IMG/VR virus record: IMGVR_UViG_3300033146_003479
Location: 1-64,000 of that record
DNA: 64,000 nt
Source of the DNA: a virus
Strand: one strand, 5' to 3'
Of this stretch, positions 30,001-39,230 are shown piece by piece. A model generated the notes under the pieces. That model had not been told where the DNA came from, did not search any database, and was given only the letters and a program-made list of their open reading frames with translations. The first letter of the stretch is position 1. Every line of letters begins with the position of its first letter. The position numbers and the translations under genes are program-made.

Positions 30001-33000
30001 AATATCAAACATCGCTCTTTCAAAAAAGACTTGTCGTCTTTTATCTAATGCAATCCAATTAAAATCATCAATAGAATCATCCAATGTTGTCCATCTACAA
30101 ATATCATAATCCAATTGAATATTATAATTATCTAATTCATGAAGAATGTGTTTTGGGAAATTTGTGATACTCGGCACAAGGTCATCAAACTCATCATCCT
30201 TTAAAATTAAAATTCCCTTATCTGATGAATGAGATGTGATGAAATAAAATGGATTATCATAAATAGAAGAAGGTTGCCAGTCGATGCTACATTTTGGGTC
30301 TTTACCTGTTATATACATAAAATATGGATTCCCTGCATACCAAAATGTAAAGTAATCTCCTGGGAAAATCGAAGTGGATCCTTGTGGATTAGTGGTAGAT
30401 TGAAACCAGTTTTCATTCTCTGGAGGACGCAAATAATATCCCTCATTAGACACATAATGGATGGTACATAATAATTCACTATTTGATGGATTAGCATTCA
30501 TATCTGAAACTTTACTTCTTCTGGGCCCTGCAATTACAATACTATTTGATACCTCGGTTGTATTATTTTGCAGTTGAAAACTTCTAATCTCAATATTTTC
30601 CTTCGAAGAATCATGAGAAAAATGTTTATAATTAAATGCTTCGTTATCCGAAGGAGTTCCTAAAATCTCATCATCACTTCTTTCCTTTAATTTATTACCA
30701 TATACAGAAACAACTCCTTTAACTTTATCTCCTGTTATCGTTGTGTCGAACCGAATTGCTCCCCAATTCGGTATACCTGCGATAGGTTGAATTGTTAAAG
30801 TATCATCATACTCTACAATTGTGGTGATAGTTTTATTCAATATTTTTCGCACAAATGGAATAGGCAATCTAGAATATTCATGAAACATTGTATTGTTTTC
30901 TAAATCATATTTTGTATCCGAAGTTCTTCTGATTTTAATTCCTTTTTCGACAAACATATCTTGCTCAAACAAACTATCTTCTGTTTCACTAGTATTATCA
31001 ATAACAATTCTAGTTGATTTAGAAACATTGTCATCATGATAATTCACAAATGGCTCTAAATCAGTGTAATCTTTACCATTCAAAAATTCAATATTATGAA
31101 AAAATATCTTAGAGTATAGAGAATTAGTATAACTATAATAACAAACATTCGGTTGCAAAAAACTTCCAGTATTACCCGCATCAAATGGAGTATCAACTCT
31201 AACATGGGGTTCATATGTGAATTTAAATCGAAACATGGACTTTGTTTGTAATGAAAATACATGCTTTTGATAATCACTCATAATAAATGAAAATTCAAAT
31301 TTTGAATATGTAGTTGCGGATTGATAAAAAAATGAACCATATAATGCTACTGCGTTCGAAGATGCAGTTTCGATTCTCAATTTCTTTAATAGACGATTCA
31401 TATCTCCATTCATAGCACCTAAATGAAGTTCATTTTGATTGCCGTCTGGAGCAACATGCTTATCTTTTAATACAAAATCACCAGTAACTCTTCTCACTTC
31501 AATATCATCTTCAACATCGATTCTAGTGATGGAAAATGAATTTCCCTTTGTAATTTTATTAAATTTATCAATAGATAATGATTCAAAGTCGGACATAGTT
31601 AAAATCAATGAGGATTCCACTGAACGAACTTTTTTAACTTGGTTACCGATTTTAATGTAACATGGATAATCAACATAATTTCCTTGAATAATTTCATCTG
31701 GAATACCTTTGAATTTGACAAGTTCTCCACCTGGCATTTCAGATGTGAAATCAACATACGCTCTATGTTTAGTTTGAATCCAGTCATAATCATCTTCTTT
31801 ATGTGGAGCGGCATCTTGAGAACATATATTTGCCTTCGCTATATCTATCCATTCTGGTGAAGATGAGTTGTGATTAAATTTTTGGATTTTTATTTTTCTA
31901 CCAGGCAATAAAAATTGATATATATTCATTGGATCAGTTAAATGATGAACTCGTTCCTCTATTGGAACTCCCTTTAATGCAAAATCAGTTAATTCATATG
32001 GTAATTTGAAATAAATTCCGGATTCAGCATTACTTTCATTCTTATGATAAGTTAATTTATTAAAATTTCGAGGAAAACTATTACTTGTACCTGAAATTTC
32101 ATATTTAGGCTTATCTAATTTTAAAATCTTATTTTCAGTGATAGGAATGTTAGTATTATTTATTTGTCCGACTCCTTTTTTGACAATCACATAATTCACA
32201 TTATCATCTTTTATCTTAGCATTATCATTTGTTAGATTTTTTTCGATTGAGCCATATTTCAGATTCTCAGTAATAGTCCATAAATTAAACTCTATTATTG
32301 ATGTAAATGATGTAATAAATGGTATAAATTGATATCCCACAAACACCGCTGAGAATATTGGCAAAAACGCCCAAGGAACATGAGGTATATCTGGAGCACT
32401 ATCACTTAATGCAGGAATATTATAAAATAAATTTGCAATATCTAAAGATTGCGTACTTAATAATGCTGTCTCATCACCATCTGTAGTAAGAGATTCCATA
32501 GACTTATAATCTCTGTTAGACATCTTCATATCAGTCAAAGAATTAACGTGAATGGATAATCCATCTATTATTTCATTATTATATGAAACATTTTCATCTA
32601 AAATATCACTTATTTTATGTTGACGATTAAAATATTGAACATTTTCAATTTCTACTTTACCAATCGGAGGTTCAATGAGATTGGATTGAATCACATCTAT
32701 CTTAGCGAAGTCGAAATACTGAATTATTGTAGTATTAGAAGAAGTCATCTGACTCATTGCAAATTCCTTTTCTATAAACTCAAATTCAACTAATAGTCTA
32801 TCTGCTCCAATGAGACCCTCATCTAAATGATATTTAACTGCTGGATCCTTTAAATTCTCATCATCCTCTGCATCAACAATAAAATATTTAACTTGTAATC
32901 CTAATTCGAAGGATAATTTTCCATCCTGAAGAGTTGGAATTTGAGATGAAGTTAGTTTATAATCTAACGAATTAATTTTCCAAACAGTTCCATCATAATA

Positions 33001-33306
33001 CACTAATCCAGACTCAGCAATTATAAACCACGAATCGGCATTACCATCATTCGAAGTGTCTCGTTTTTCTATCGATAAACTCATCCCTTGAACAATACTT
33101 CCATTCCTAAAGAATATATCTAAGAAATCTTTACCTTTCTCATTCAAAATGGTTTGCATTTGAGTGAGTTCTCTAGTTTGTAGCGGACGTCCAGGTTTGA
33201 ATAAAATTTGTCGATAATCTTTTGAGTTTGAATCTGATGAAAAATAGTCATCAAAATAATCGGCTTCTCTTAAATTATTTCTATTTACAATTGGTTTTTT
33301 GGCCAT
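24025..33306 (-). CDS. giant baseplate/virion structural protein, DUF4815-type N-terminus
   Basis: YFDDYF....YRQILFKPGRPLQTRELTQMQTIL; location within the baseplate cluster. Confidence 0.8.
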   Translation of the reverse strand: MAKKPIVNRNNLREADYFDDYFSSDSNSKDYRQILFKPGRPLQTRELTQMQTILNEKGKDFLDIFFRNGSIVQGMSLSIEKRDTSNDGNADSWFIIAESGLVYYDGTVWKINSLDYKLTSSQIPTLQDGKLSFELGLQVKYFIVDAEDDENLKDPAVKYHLDEGLIGADRLLVEFEFIEKEFAMSQMTSSNTTIIQYFDFAKIDVIQSNLIEPPIGKVEIENVQYFNRQHKISDILDENVSYNNEIIDGLSIHVNSLTDMKMSNRDYKSMESLTTDGDETALLSTQSLDIANLFYNIPALSDSAPDIPHVPWAFLPIFSAVFVGYQFIPFITSFTSIIEFNLWTITENLKYGSIEKNLTNDNAKIKDDNVNYVIVKKGVGQINNTNIPITENKILKLDKPKYEISGTSNSFPRNFNKLTYHKNESNAESGIYFKLPYELTDFALKGVPIEERVHHLTDPMNIYQFLLPGRKIKIQKFNHNSSSPEWIDIAKANICSQDAAPHKEDDYDWIQTKHRAYVDFTSEMPGGELVKFKGIPDEIIQGNYVDYPCYIKIGNQVKKVRSVESSLILTMSDFESLSIDKFNKITKGNSFSITRIDVEDDIEVRRVTGDFVLKDKHVAPDGNQNELHLGAMNGDMNRLLKKLRIETASSNAVALYGSFFYQSATTYSKFEFSFIMSDYQKHVFSLQTKSMFRFKFTYEPHVRVDTPFDAGNTGSFLQPNVCYYSYTNSLYSKIFFHNIEFLNGKDYTDLEPFVNYHDDNVSKSTRIVIDNTSETEDSLFEQDMFVEKGIKIRRTSDTKYDLENNTMFHEYSRLPIPFVRKILNKTITTIVEYDDTLTIQPIAGIPNWGAIRFDTTITGDKVKGVVSVYGNKLKERSDDEILGTPSDNEAFNYKHFSHDSSKENIEIRSFQLQNNTTEVSNSIVIAGPRRSKVSDMNANPSNSELLCTIHYVSNEGYYLRPPENENWFQSTTNPQGSTSIFPGDYFTFWYAGNPYFMYITGKDPKCSIDWQPSSIYDNPFYFITSHSSDKGILILKDDEFDDLVPSITNFPKHILHELDNYNIQLDYDICRWTTLDDSIDDFNWIALDKRRQVFFERAMFDIYSPKNEVLSHKNYMPNSVLSLNNVDYNIDDVFQSFQLILNTSDLTATDLTVDWAIKSKEAFFIEHNHSILDNSKDNYKIKTGMALQYNSEEYVSQCQFPIVSTGIGACISESNIGSVAGSKLLSIYDKSVSSTPIQLQQGLGVQFYHWTPKMSMALQFNSVLNQERNYLKSTYVNNMNAWMADHEYQQNIIFYSPENFKQYTQNNGGTSGANTPFDPINDNPGDSIVDGEIIWTCQVIDEDDVYLVTNGANDWNAVNELPTQSIIYVNCEEKYLSGTSYDKGSIVTMSDDDVNCYMSTVDNNSQSPIANSSHDSVYNYWRCFRNHYQECFIKTVDGDTPDRPLFEDCSFNDFIDPLGGDVWLRTSSKNDSFITKYNPGVHASKGTTYIPVHHPKAEAPVKYIVTTSGQTTINGFYPEVWGKRPGEQYVDNHCIWTCYPLVNEQASFNYFFNTYSEPSSEYKYNNLMFGNSDDYIEHQLIKQQLYAYQDGGQFWQKYENNINPETKKLYDSDTIISLSTGDAIKLSVYKEIESKNDVIISAPFNNPSNSHANIDSENQYFQAKSLNSEFHKPFIIVKERFEQHNRLIEDGTNTWITETEGKVCDYSHKAIIYVDSSEIENQSIEIKGYQTFLYDILLPEMVNIYLNDDGDIETLTGHHTFVSDFAPIFDNEKLYLGSIINPPVYDDSVYGKSLNFIGLSKYFKNFNEDVFEKIENYQMNKKIDSNKQMTDLMRIHEYNRRDGHITSNNDKVVGDYQYIEKGTIESKMFTQLSSSNYECFISLSNLQIMKTNNTFSFDIKASQTGGAFDFPYTSYDYYIDDILICSSGQTFDKFKNNMIISVWNLGSSTTIYGELIDIETIPSIGASPQYQTWTVDFSRNVSQMTIDNPDNFGIAFFPKIDSWGQPATFNKTVTVTDVDVYSELKSGNIIKVYDDDTETYWSYMISSILDSNTLLLSDSVNVFLSETEMNRFYVMMPVVVEHEHYKRTQTFMNPKTYNVYDSLLTNQYIEDSEFTFGDDNDEMSSMMWQYDSSLGENSIPTINLHNNDFSPKAKTIETKRLTWLINDNFQSDADDVFFTLKPTSSSTKIVETLKFKTGSFDFNYNTISNKTLMLNEFDLQFNSDAVNKKDINTVLLYDVMELDNSVNHKISLKDSHFIDEELFSISSKNIYQKGDEFNYLFNSKVSPIQTNLKLFNYNRLFLTPRVCPINKIIDQSENQSNIKAFHQIQNEELSIPNFYNNSSYDNFTALSIDNFHFSPMKLYSHHIGDQDQYMPMINKFTDSCLYLIDGIYSVGMMNGRNVSLNEDNSFIDHDTTNAMGWQIDRCLTKVKNASSFGSFNDEYDFIFKQINRPLLFQTYDIPFLSSELGPSVPNSLKSVATLHYEKLRDPQNELNEYEFLDILKDEYWKTYLPNIYQVYQFNESHMLRSFDVGMKFTYDSLRHYEGRIAFYLGFLIDGKMTKNSIVHTELVRFKNDDSDSVVMINNENVHIELETPIHIPKGSQFFIGLLKERSVISDSAEVELYFIENGSYDISATQTQVSYPSNFDSKLIVNDTTYNNRILKIDLSVDNYSELYKESVEIYSPHWAYHSDPNSSSFKEPFDRIMIVGEDYAVAGCSVQYFYSIDKKDVTSETKLWFECFLNDEISFDETQEQIVFKSVIKTNDVNLSPIIRSVSNLHFKTFQSKTETFSWLGETHDMKTYSAKLKISNIKHKMSYSDLVMTDSVIQKDMSSFSQLYRIAIDYYLPNLNTYEYNINDFKGIPVIFRDGDDGNIIDKYIKYTTTEQKYETPKTVAKQTSGGLFTLPTFALFPILRPITLPIFLGEQLICNADGSLWFGDRMSYGKNSETQMNLFGQIYYVQKIGDNMYRQVFEFCGKDFEKHKSIIADIKLPVIEGEQNKHKTISIKNISLSSDMLVDNQEKVVSNLLYIPVFGTLNLFKFINPFIYNFSFAKQTINVVGGLNFGKTNFLTSNVTSSMSKFNSTSMQFVDFSF

Positions 33307-33343
33307 AATTTACCTCTAAAATATATTAATTCGAATTACTTTT

Positions 33344-33351
33344 TATTTATC
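33344..33351 (-). promoter_or_regulatory. late-promoter-like GATAAATA
   Basis: intergenic, upstream of the GAGG/ATG of the 3093-aa gene. Confidence 0.4.
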
Positions 33352-33381
33352 GTTTTGTTGGATCAATCGACCAAGAGTAAT

Positions 33382-34755
33382 TTATGGAATATTAATGGTT
33401 CTGAAATTAAATGTATAATCAGTAGATAGCGGAATTCCTAATGGGAATTCTGTTGATGTTCTTATCGATGACGTTGACTTATCTATAGAAACATGAAAAT
33501 TTTCCATATTAGATAAACTAGAATCAGGCATAAATTTATAAGATGTGAGTCCATAATTCATATCACAAATTATCCATCCATCAACATGTCTATCAAATCC
33601 ATAATATAAATCATTTAGAATGGAATCCCAGTAGAATTCTCCTTTCTTTGATGGAACAATGCTTCCTATAGGACTATCTATACCGATTATAGAATTAATT
33701 GGTATGATTTGTCCGGGAACAACAATAGAATTATCATTCATCACGCTAATGGATATGGAATTATGATTCATCATCTCATTGAATGTTATTATTATCGATG
33801 AATTAACATTTACAGATACTTGATCGTCAAATGGAGAAGTAGATATCACAAAAGGACGAACTTCTTTGCCGGTGGAAAATGACCACTCATACGATTCTCT
33901 CAGGGATTCATCATGTTTCCCTGTAGTATTTTGTTTATGAACAACTACTCGATATGAGGAATCATCAACCAATACTTTATTTGGCTTAAAATAATATAAT
34001 TTATTGTTAACTGTATCTATTTCACCTTGACCTGCTATTTTTTCTCCATGCTGATCGTATACTGAAATCTCCGCTGACTCGATGACTCGATCAAACTCAA
34101 CGGAAAATGAATCTCCTCTATATGAAGAATCATAAGATTTACCACTAAGCATATATGTAGAAGTTTGATTTAAAAAAGTCAATCTAATCTTTCGGATGAA
34201 ATTTCCCACACTCTTTGGAGCAAATCTACACGATACAGTTTGTTCTGAAAGTGGAGGAACAACTAAATCAACTATATGAGACAAAAATGCACCATCTTGA
34301 ATCTTAAATTTAAATGATTTTGTGGTTTCAGTAACGTATATATACTTAATGACTAATTCATAATTCGAATCATTACTAATAACAAATGATAAGTGGTTAG
34401 TTGTGTTTATTTCTGTATCCGAGAATAATAATGGCAAACTCACCCCAACTTCAACTCCTATCGCACTAGAGTTAAAGTTGCCAACTGAAGATGTATCATC
34501 AAAAAACTCAAAATCACAAGTAATTGCAGAATCAATAGTTGGAATCACAGAAACATTCATCGTAATTGTTTCTCCTATTGAAATCTCTTGATTAGTATTT
34601 TCAATGACAAAATTCACATCATCACTCATACTGATATTTGTTATAGTTACTGTCTCATCTCCAGAATTAGTTAATTCTAACGGAATTGACTGAATATCAT
34701 TAACATTTACATTACCAAAATTAAAAGATGTAGGGAAACAAGTTATGAGTTTCAT
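33382..34755 (-). CDS. Ig-like virion protein: two ASH/choice-of-anchor-D-like plus two Big_5/SbsA-like domains
   Basis: PTSFNFGNV....S.PLELTNSGDETVTITNI; PFVISTSP.D....V.VNSSIIITFNE.M; YEWSFSTG; YTFNFRT. Confidence 0.75.
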   Translation of the reverse strand: MKLITCFPTSFNFGNVNVNDIQSIPLELTNSGDETVTITNISMSDDVNFVIENTNQEISIGETITMNVSVIPTIDSAITCDFEFFDDTSSVGNFNSSAIGVEVGVSLPLLFSDTEINTTNHLSFVISNDSNYELVIKYIYVTETTKSFKFKIQDGAFLSHIVDLVVPPLSEQTVSCRFAPKSVGNFIRKIRLTFLNQTSTYMLSGKSYDSSYRGDSFSVEFDRVIESAEISVYDQHGEKIAGQGEIDTVNNKLYYFKPNKVLVDDSSYRVVVHKQNTTGKHDESLRESYEWSFSTGKEVRPFVISTSPFDDQVSVNVNSSIIITFNEMMNHNSISISVMNDNSIVVPGQIIPINSIIGIDSPIGSIVPSKKGEFYWDSILNDLYYGFDRHVDGWIICDMNYGLTSYKFMPDSSLSNMENFHVSIDKSTSSIRTSTEFPLGIPLSTDYTFNFRTINIP

Positions 34756-34756
34756 T

Positions 34757-36097
34757 TTATTCTCCTGTTGATATTTCAGTTGAATTATTCAAAGGATAAG
34801 TTGTCATCACATTCAGAGCATTTGATTCAGACACTATTGGTTGAAAGAACGTCTTAGGTTTTTGATCCCAAGTAATATGCATTCCCGCAGGATGCACAAT
34901 TTGGCACACTATATCTTTATAAACGTCCTCTTTTAAGTCTGTAACTAAAGTATATGCATAATATGTATACCACCAATCATGGTTTATTTGAGATTCATCA
35001 ATATACATTGGATTTGGGTCTATACCGTGTAAATGATCAAAACGATTAGTGTGAGGATTTCTACCACTAGCAACAGTATATCTCCAAACAGGACTATTAT
35101 CTTTAGACCAAACTGCTCTATAATTCTCAATAAATCCTTGCTCATATAATGTTTGTCCCAATAGTGTAGGGTTAATTCCAATAGGTAAAGTATATTTATA
35201 ATTCGGAACATCTATTGGAGCCGCAGGATAATTACTTTCCTCATGTAAATTATTAATAGCAACTATCGACTCTCGTTCTTCTGAACTTATATCGGATTTA
35301 AATCTAATGAATAAAATACCCTGTCTAGTATCAGTCACATTTATATCAACAGGAGCACTAGCACATATAATATCATCTGCATTTCTATAAATCTGCAAAT
35401 TGCCACGAAACATTCTAAATAATGCATAAAATGAATTAACACTACCCTTTGATTTATGAAACTCCCTACTCCAACGTAAAAAATTTCGAATATTATCATA
35501 ATTTAATAATAAATTATGATGTTCATCATATTGATAAATCTCATCCATTTGATTCGGATCAAATACAAAATCGGATTTATATAGTTTCCATGAATTAAAT
35601 TCCTTAATATATAAGCCATTCTCTATTATATTTTGATATTTCCATTTTAATTCATGAGTAACGCTATCTATTTGTTGAATTCCATCAGAATCTAAGTGTG
35701 GAAACCTCATTCTACCTGTTTTAGTAGCAATATATTTGCTACCTTGAATGGATCCCAGAGGTTCTCCCAATAATAAATCAACATGCTCTGGCATTCTAAC
35801 AAAATATGGAATAAATGAAATATTGTCTGAAAACTCTTGAGCAAACACATCAATCATCATCTTTAATGATAAATCAGGAACTCGTTCTATATCCACAAAT
35901 GAATCCAACTGACTCAATACTCTCCAAAAACCATATCGTCTTTTCCCAGTGGAATCAATATACATACTCTCAGATTGCTCAAGCCAAAGTTGTATGAATT
36001 TTGTAAAATTGGGATATTCTTCTAATTCCTCATTGGTGAAAAATCTACTAGTTAATACCGATAGATATTTCTTACTTATTTTTAATTTACTACTCAT
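34757..36097 (-). CDS. gp7: baseplate wedge subunit, gp7-like
   Basis: FHKSKGSVNSFYALFRMF; YTLVTDL....YKDIV..IVHPAGM. Confidence 0.7.
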   Translation of the reverse strand: MSSKLKISKKYLSVLTSRFFTNEELEEYPNFTKFIQLWLEQSESMYIDSTGKRRYGFWRVLSQLDSFVDIERVPDLSLKMMIDVFAQEFSDNISFIPYFVRMPEHVDLLLGEPLGSIQGSKYIATKTGRMRFPHLDSDGIQQIDSVTHELKWKYQNIIENGLYIKEFNSWKLYKSDFVFDPNQMDEIYQYDEHHNLLLNYDNIRNFLRWSREFHKSKGSVNSFYALFRMFRGNLQIYRNADDIICASAPVDINVTDTRQGILFIRFKSDISSEERESIVAINNLHEESNYPAAPIDVPNYKYTLPIGINPTLLGQTLYEQGFIENYRAVWSKDNSPVWRYTVASGRNPHTNRFDHLHGIDPNPMYIDESQINHDWWYTYYAYTLVTDLKEDVYKDIVCQIVHPAGMHITWDQKPKTFFQPIVSESNALNVMTTYPLNNSTEISTGE

Positions 36098-38667
36098 TAT
36101 ACACTCATCTCGGCTTTCATTGCTATTTTCGACTGTCCTTTCATAATAATCACATTACCAACACTTTCAAAATCATTTGTTGATGTTTGAAATGCAAATT
36201 GCAAAGGAAACGTATCTTTCATGTGATTGTTCCCATTAATCCACATTGACGACTTACCATCCACATTATAGTAAACTTCTCCTCTATCTATTTCCACAAA
36301 TGATGATAATTCATCATCATACCGAATCGGCAATTGAGAAATTTCATCGAAATAATAGTCATATAAGAATAAATCTTCAATGTTTTTATATGCGAGTCTT
36401 GAATTCTCACTATCCACATAAAAATATTCAACTTCAATGTCATCAACATCAGCATAATATTGAACATCCAATGTTAATCGTTCAATTTCCTTTTGAAGAC
36501 GATCAACTTCATTTTGAAGCACATTTCTTCTCCATATGTCCCAAAATCCACGTAAATTATCAATTTTCTCTTGTAGCATTATCTTTTTTATTTTTAGATT
36601 ATTTTGCGATAATGCTAATTTTTCATTCGTTTTATTAATCTCTTCTCGTCTTGTTTCTAATCCCAACAATAAATTCTTTTGATTATCATTCATAAACATC
36701 CAAAATGAATTTCTAGTGTATAGTTGAATCAATCCAGTCGCATATGTGATTTTTCCAAACTCTTTCACTTTTCCTGTATGTTGCCACGTAGGTATAAATC
36801 GAAGACGACTTTGATCTTCTGAATATTTCTCTGAGACAAAAGAAACAGCATAATATTCATTTAAATATATAGTACCTGTACCATCATTATTGGGAATATC
36901 ACTAATTTCATATTTAAACATCTTATGAACTTTTGTTCTAGTATTATTCATATGGTTCAATTCACTTACCATTTGATTATCAGTATCTCTGAAAGTTGGT
37001 ACTCCATTTTCATTATAAATATCATAATAAGTGCTTCGATTAAAAACTTTCAAAAACGTTTTTGAAAGTTCGATCTTATCTATTTGTCCAACGGAAAGCG
37101 GATTATTTAAATTCAAATAAATATCACTCATGATGTCTTTTTTACTCACTAACTTGTAAAAATTCATAGTAAATGACGTATTATTATGATTTATTTCAGG
37201 AGCATTATCTAATGCTTGAATTACATTGGAATGTTTAAAGTATTGATCAAACCCTCTAATGTCATTAAATGCTTTAGCGATCACATTTTCTATTTCTAAA
37301 TCAACTAACTGGGGCTGATAACGTCTAGAATCAAAATAAACTGTGCTATTCACATTAACACTAACAAACTCAGGATCAATAAAAATTGGAGCAATAGATG
37401 TGATACTTTTTGATTTTATTATATTTGATAAAATCATTTGCTCTTCATCTGTGAGAATTAAATGACTTCGTTTAAAATCCAATAAATCTATACTCTTAGT
37501 TGCACAAATCCCAACTGCTCCCATTCGAATCGGTCGCAATTCTTCTCCACTCATACACTTAATATCATCAAGAGGTATACTCTGTTGATGAGACAAAAAC
37601 AATTCATAATCACGAGTTGTTACCATTCTATTTTGGGCAGACCAAAATGACGGAGCAAATTTCTTTATTGACTCCACATCTTCAACATCAGAACCCCCGG
37701 CTGAAACCTCTAATCTCTCTGTTAAAACAAACATCTCATTTAAATTATATGTCGCTAATGTTCCATTTTGCTTATAATATTCTATATCTCCTCGCAAAAT
37801 AAAATCTTTTTTACCATTACCCTCAATACCATCAGTTATGAAATAGTAAATGTTTAAAATGTTTTCTGGAATTTTACCTAAAACTCCATCTCCAAACTTT
37901 AATGATATGCCAGATTCATCATTATTAACAAAAAACATATTTGCGGCTTTTAATGAAAGTAAAAAATCATCCCAATTGTTAGTCCCTTGGGTTTTATCCA
38001 TATCAAAATCATCTAATGTGTCAAAATTATTCCACATATCATTTGTTATAGCATCTTGAACTACTAATGATCCCACTGCGTTATCAATATCAACATCATC
38101 TAATCTTATAGTTTGATTTGGAATATTATCTTCAGGGACAAAGGTGAGTTGTTGCCATTCTCCTTGTTGTGCTTCAACATACATCGGAGCATCATTAGTT
38201 GAAATAATTCCATTATCGATTCGAGTCCATGCTCCTTCGTACCAAATGAATTCCACATTTTCCATCAAACTAAACTTTGTTCCATCATCCGAAATGAGTA
38301 TTTTATATTTCGGAATCTTTAAAACATTAGTTCGATAATAATCAGTATTAGCATCAGTTAAATTATTTATTTTCAATAAAACTTTAATTCGTGCGGCTTT
38401 TTTTCGAGCAGGTTGATACCCCAATGTTCTACCTAAAGCATATATATTCTTTTTTAATTGAGCGTATGGTAAATATAATTCATTTATACTAGTTGTCATA
38501 TAATAATTGTTATAGAAGGTAATATATGCTAATTTTTCAATTAAATATGTTAATGCACTTCCTTCAAAATCATAATCTTTAAATGGAGAATTAGGATCAA
38601 ACTGGAATTTATTCTTTAATGATTGTTTTATTTCATCAAATTCTAAAGAAATTAAATCTACATTCAT
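36097..38667 (-). CDS. gp6: baseplate wedge subunit with C-terminal extension
   Basis: LEFDEIKQSLK..FKDYDFEGSAL..L...LAY; FGDGVLGK; YFITDGIEGNG; AQNRMVTTRDY. Confidence 0.93.
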   Translation of the reverse strand: MNVDLISLEFDEIKQSLKNKFQFDPNSPFKDYDFEGSALTYLIEKLAYITFYNNYYMTTSINELYLPYAQLKKNIYALGRTLGYQPARKKAARIKVLLKINNLTDANTDYYRTNVLKIPKYKILISDDGTKFSLMENVEFIWYEGAWTRIDNGIISTNDAPMYVEAQQGEWQQLTFVPEDNIPNQTIRLDDVDIDNAVGSLVVQDAITNDMWNNFDTLDDFDMDKTQGTNNWDDFLLSLKAANMFFVNNDESGISLKFGDGVLGKIPENILNIYYFITDGIEGNGKKDFILRGDIEYYKQNGTLATYNLNEMFVLTERLEVSAGGSDVEDVESIKKFAPSFWSAQNRMVTTRDYELFLSHQQSIPLDDIKCMSGEELRPIRMGAVGICATKSIDLLDFKRSHLILTDEEQMILSNIIKSKSITSIAPIFIDPEFVSVNVNSTVYFDSRRYQPQLVDLEIENVIAKAFNDIRGFDQYFKHSNVIQALDNAPEINHNNTSFTMNFYKLVSKKDIMSDIYLNLNNPLSVGQIDKIELSKTFLKVFNRSTYYDIYNENGVPTFRDTDNQMVSELNHMNNTRTKVHKMFKYEISDIPNNDGTGTIYLNEYYAVSFVSEKYSEDQSRLRFIPTWQHTGKVKEFGKITYATGLIQLYTRNSFWMFMNDNQKNLLLGLETRREEINKTNEKLALSQNNLKIKKIMLQEKIDNLRGFWDIWRRNVLQNEVDRLQKEIERLTLDVQYYADVDDIEVEYFYVDSENSRLAYKNIEDLFLYDYYFDEISQLPIRYDDELSSFVEIDRGEVYYNVDGKSSMWINGNNHMKDTFPLQFAFQTSTNDFESVGNVIIMKGQSKIAMKAEMSV

Positions 38668-38668
38668 T

Positions 38669-39181
38669 CTACTCTCCCATTTTATTCACATGCTTCTTCA
38701 ATTCTTTTTTGATTTCAGAAGATGATCTCTGAACATAATCAGATAGTCCGTTTTTTAATGCTAGAGAGAAATCTGTACCATCTTCATCTAATTCATTTTT
38801 TTCATCACATTCTTGGAGAAATAATTGCTTATAGAATGACATAATATCAATAGACTCATATTTTTTTTTCTTCTTGCTCATTGATAATGGAGTCTGAGCA
38901 TACGCTATATCCGAAACTGAATTCATAATTGCACTTGAATCAGTTCCTACTCCATCTCCTCCCATTCCACCACCATCTCCACCGGCTCCATCTTCAGGTA
39001 AAGGTCGTCTAAATAAATTAGGATTTTCATCAAGCATTTGATCGAATATTTTTTGAATTTCACTCTGTTTAGTTTTACCATTAGATTCGGCGATTTTAAT
39101 TGCTTCTTGCCAACGATTAGTCAAATCGGCTCTTGAATATTTACCGTTCCGAACTAAAGTCTCAATATATTTTATATTCAT
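38669..39181 (-). CDS. hypothetical late protein with Gly-rich linker
   Basis: GGAG Shine-Dalgarno and TCTAAATA box at 39212-39219. Confidence 0.6.
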   Translation of the reverse strand: MNIKYIETLVRNGKYSRADLTNRWQEAIKIAESNGKTKQSEIQKIFDQMLDENPNLFRRPLPEDGAGGDGGGMGGDGVGTDSSAIMNSVSDIAYAQTPLSMSKKKKKYESIDIMSFYKQLFLQECDEKNELDEDGTDFSLALKNGLSDYVQRSSSEIKKELKKHVNKMGE

Positions 39182-39230
39182 AAGACACTCCTATATAATT
39201 ATTATATATTATATTTAGAGTTTCTATAGG

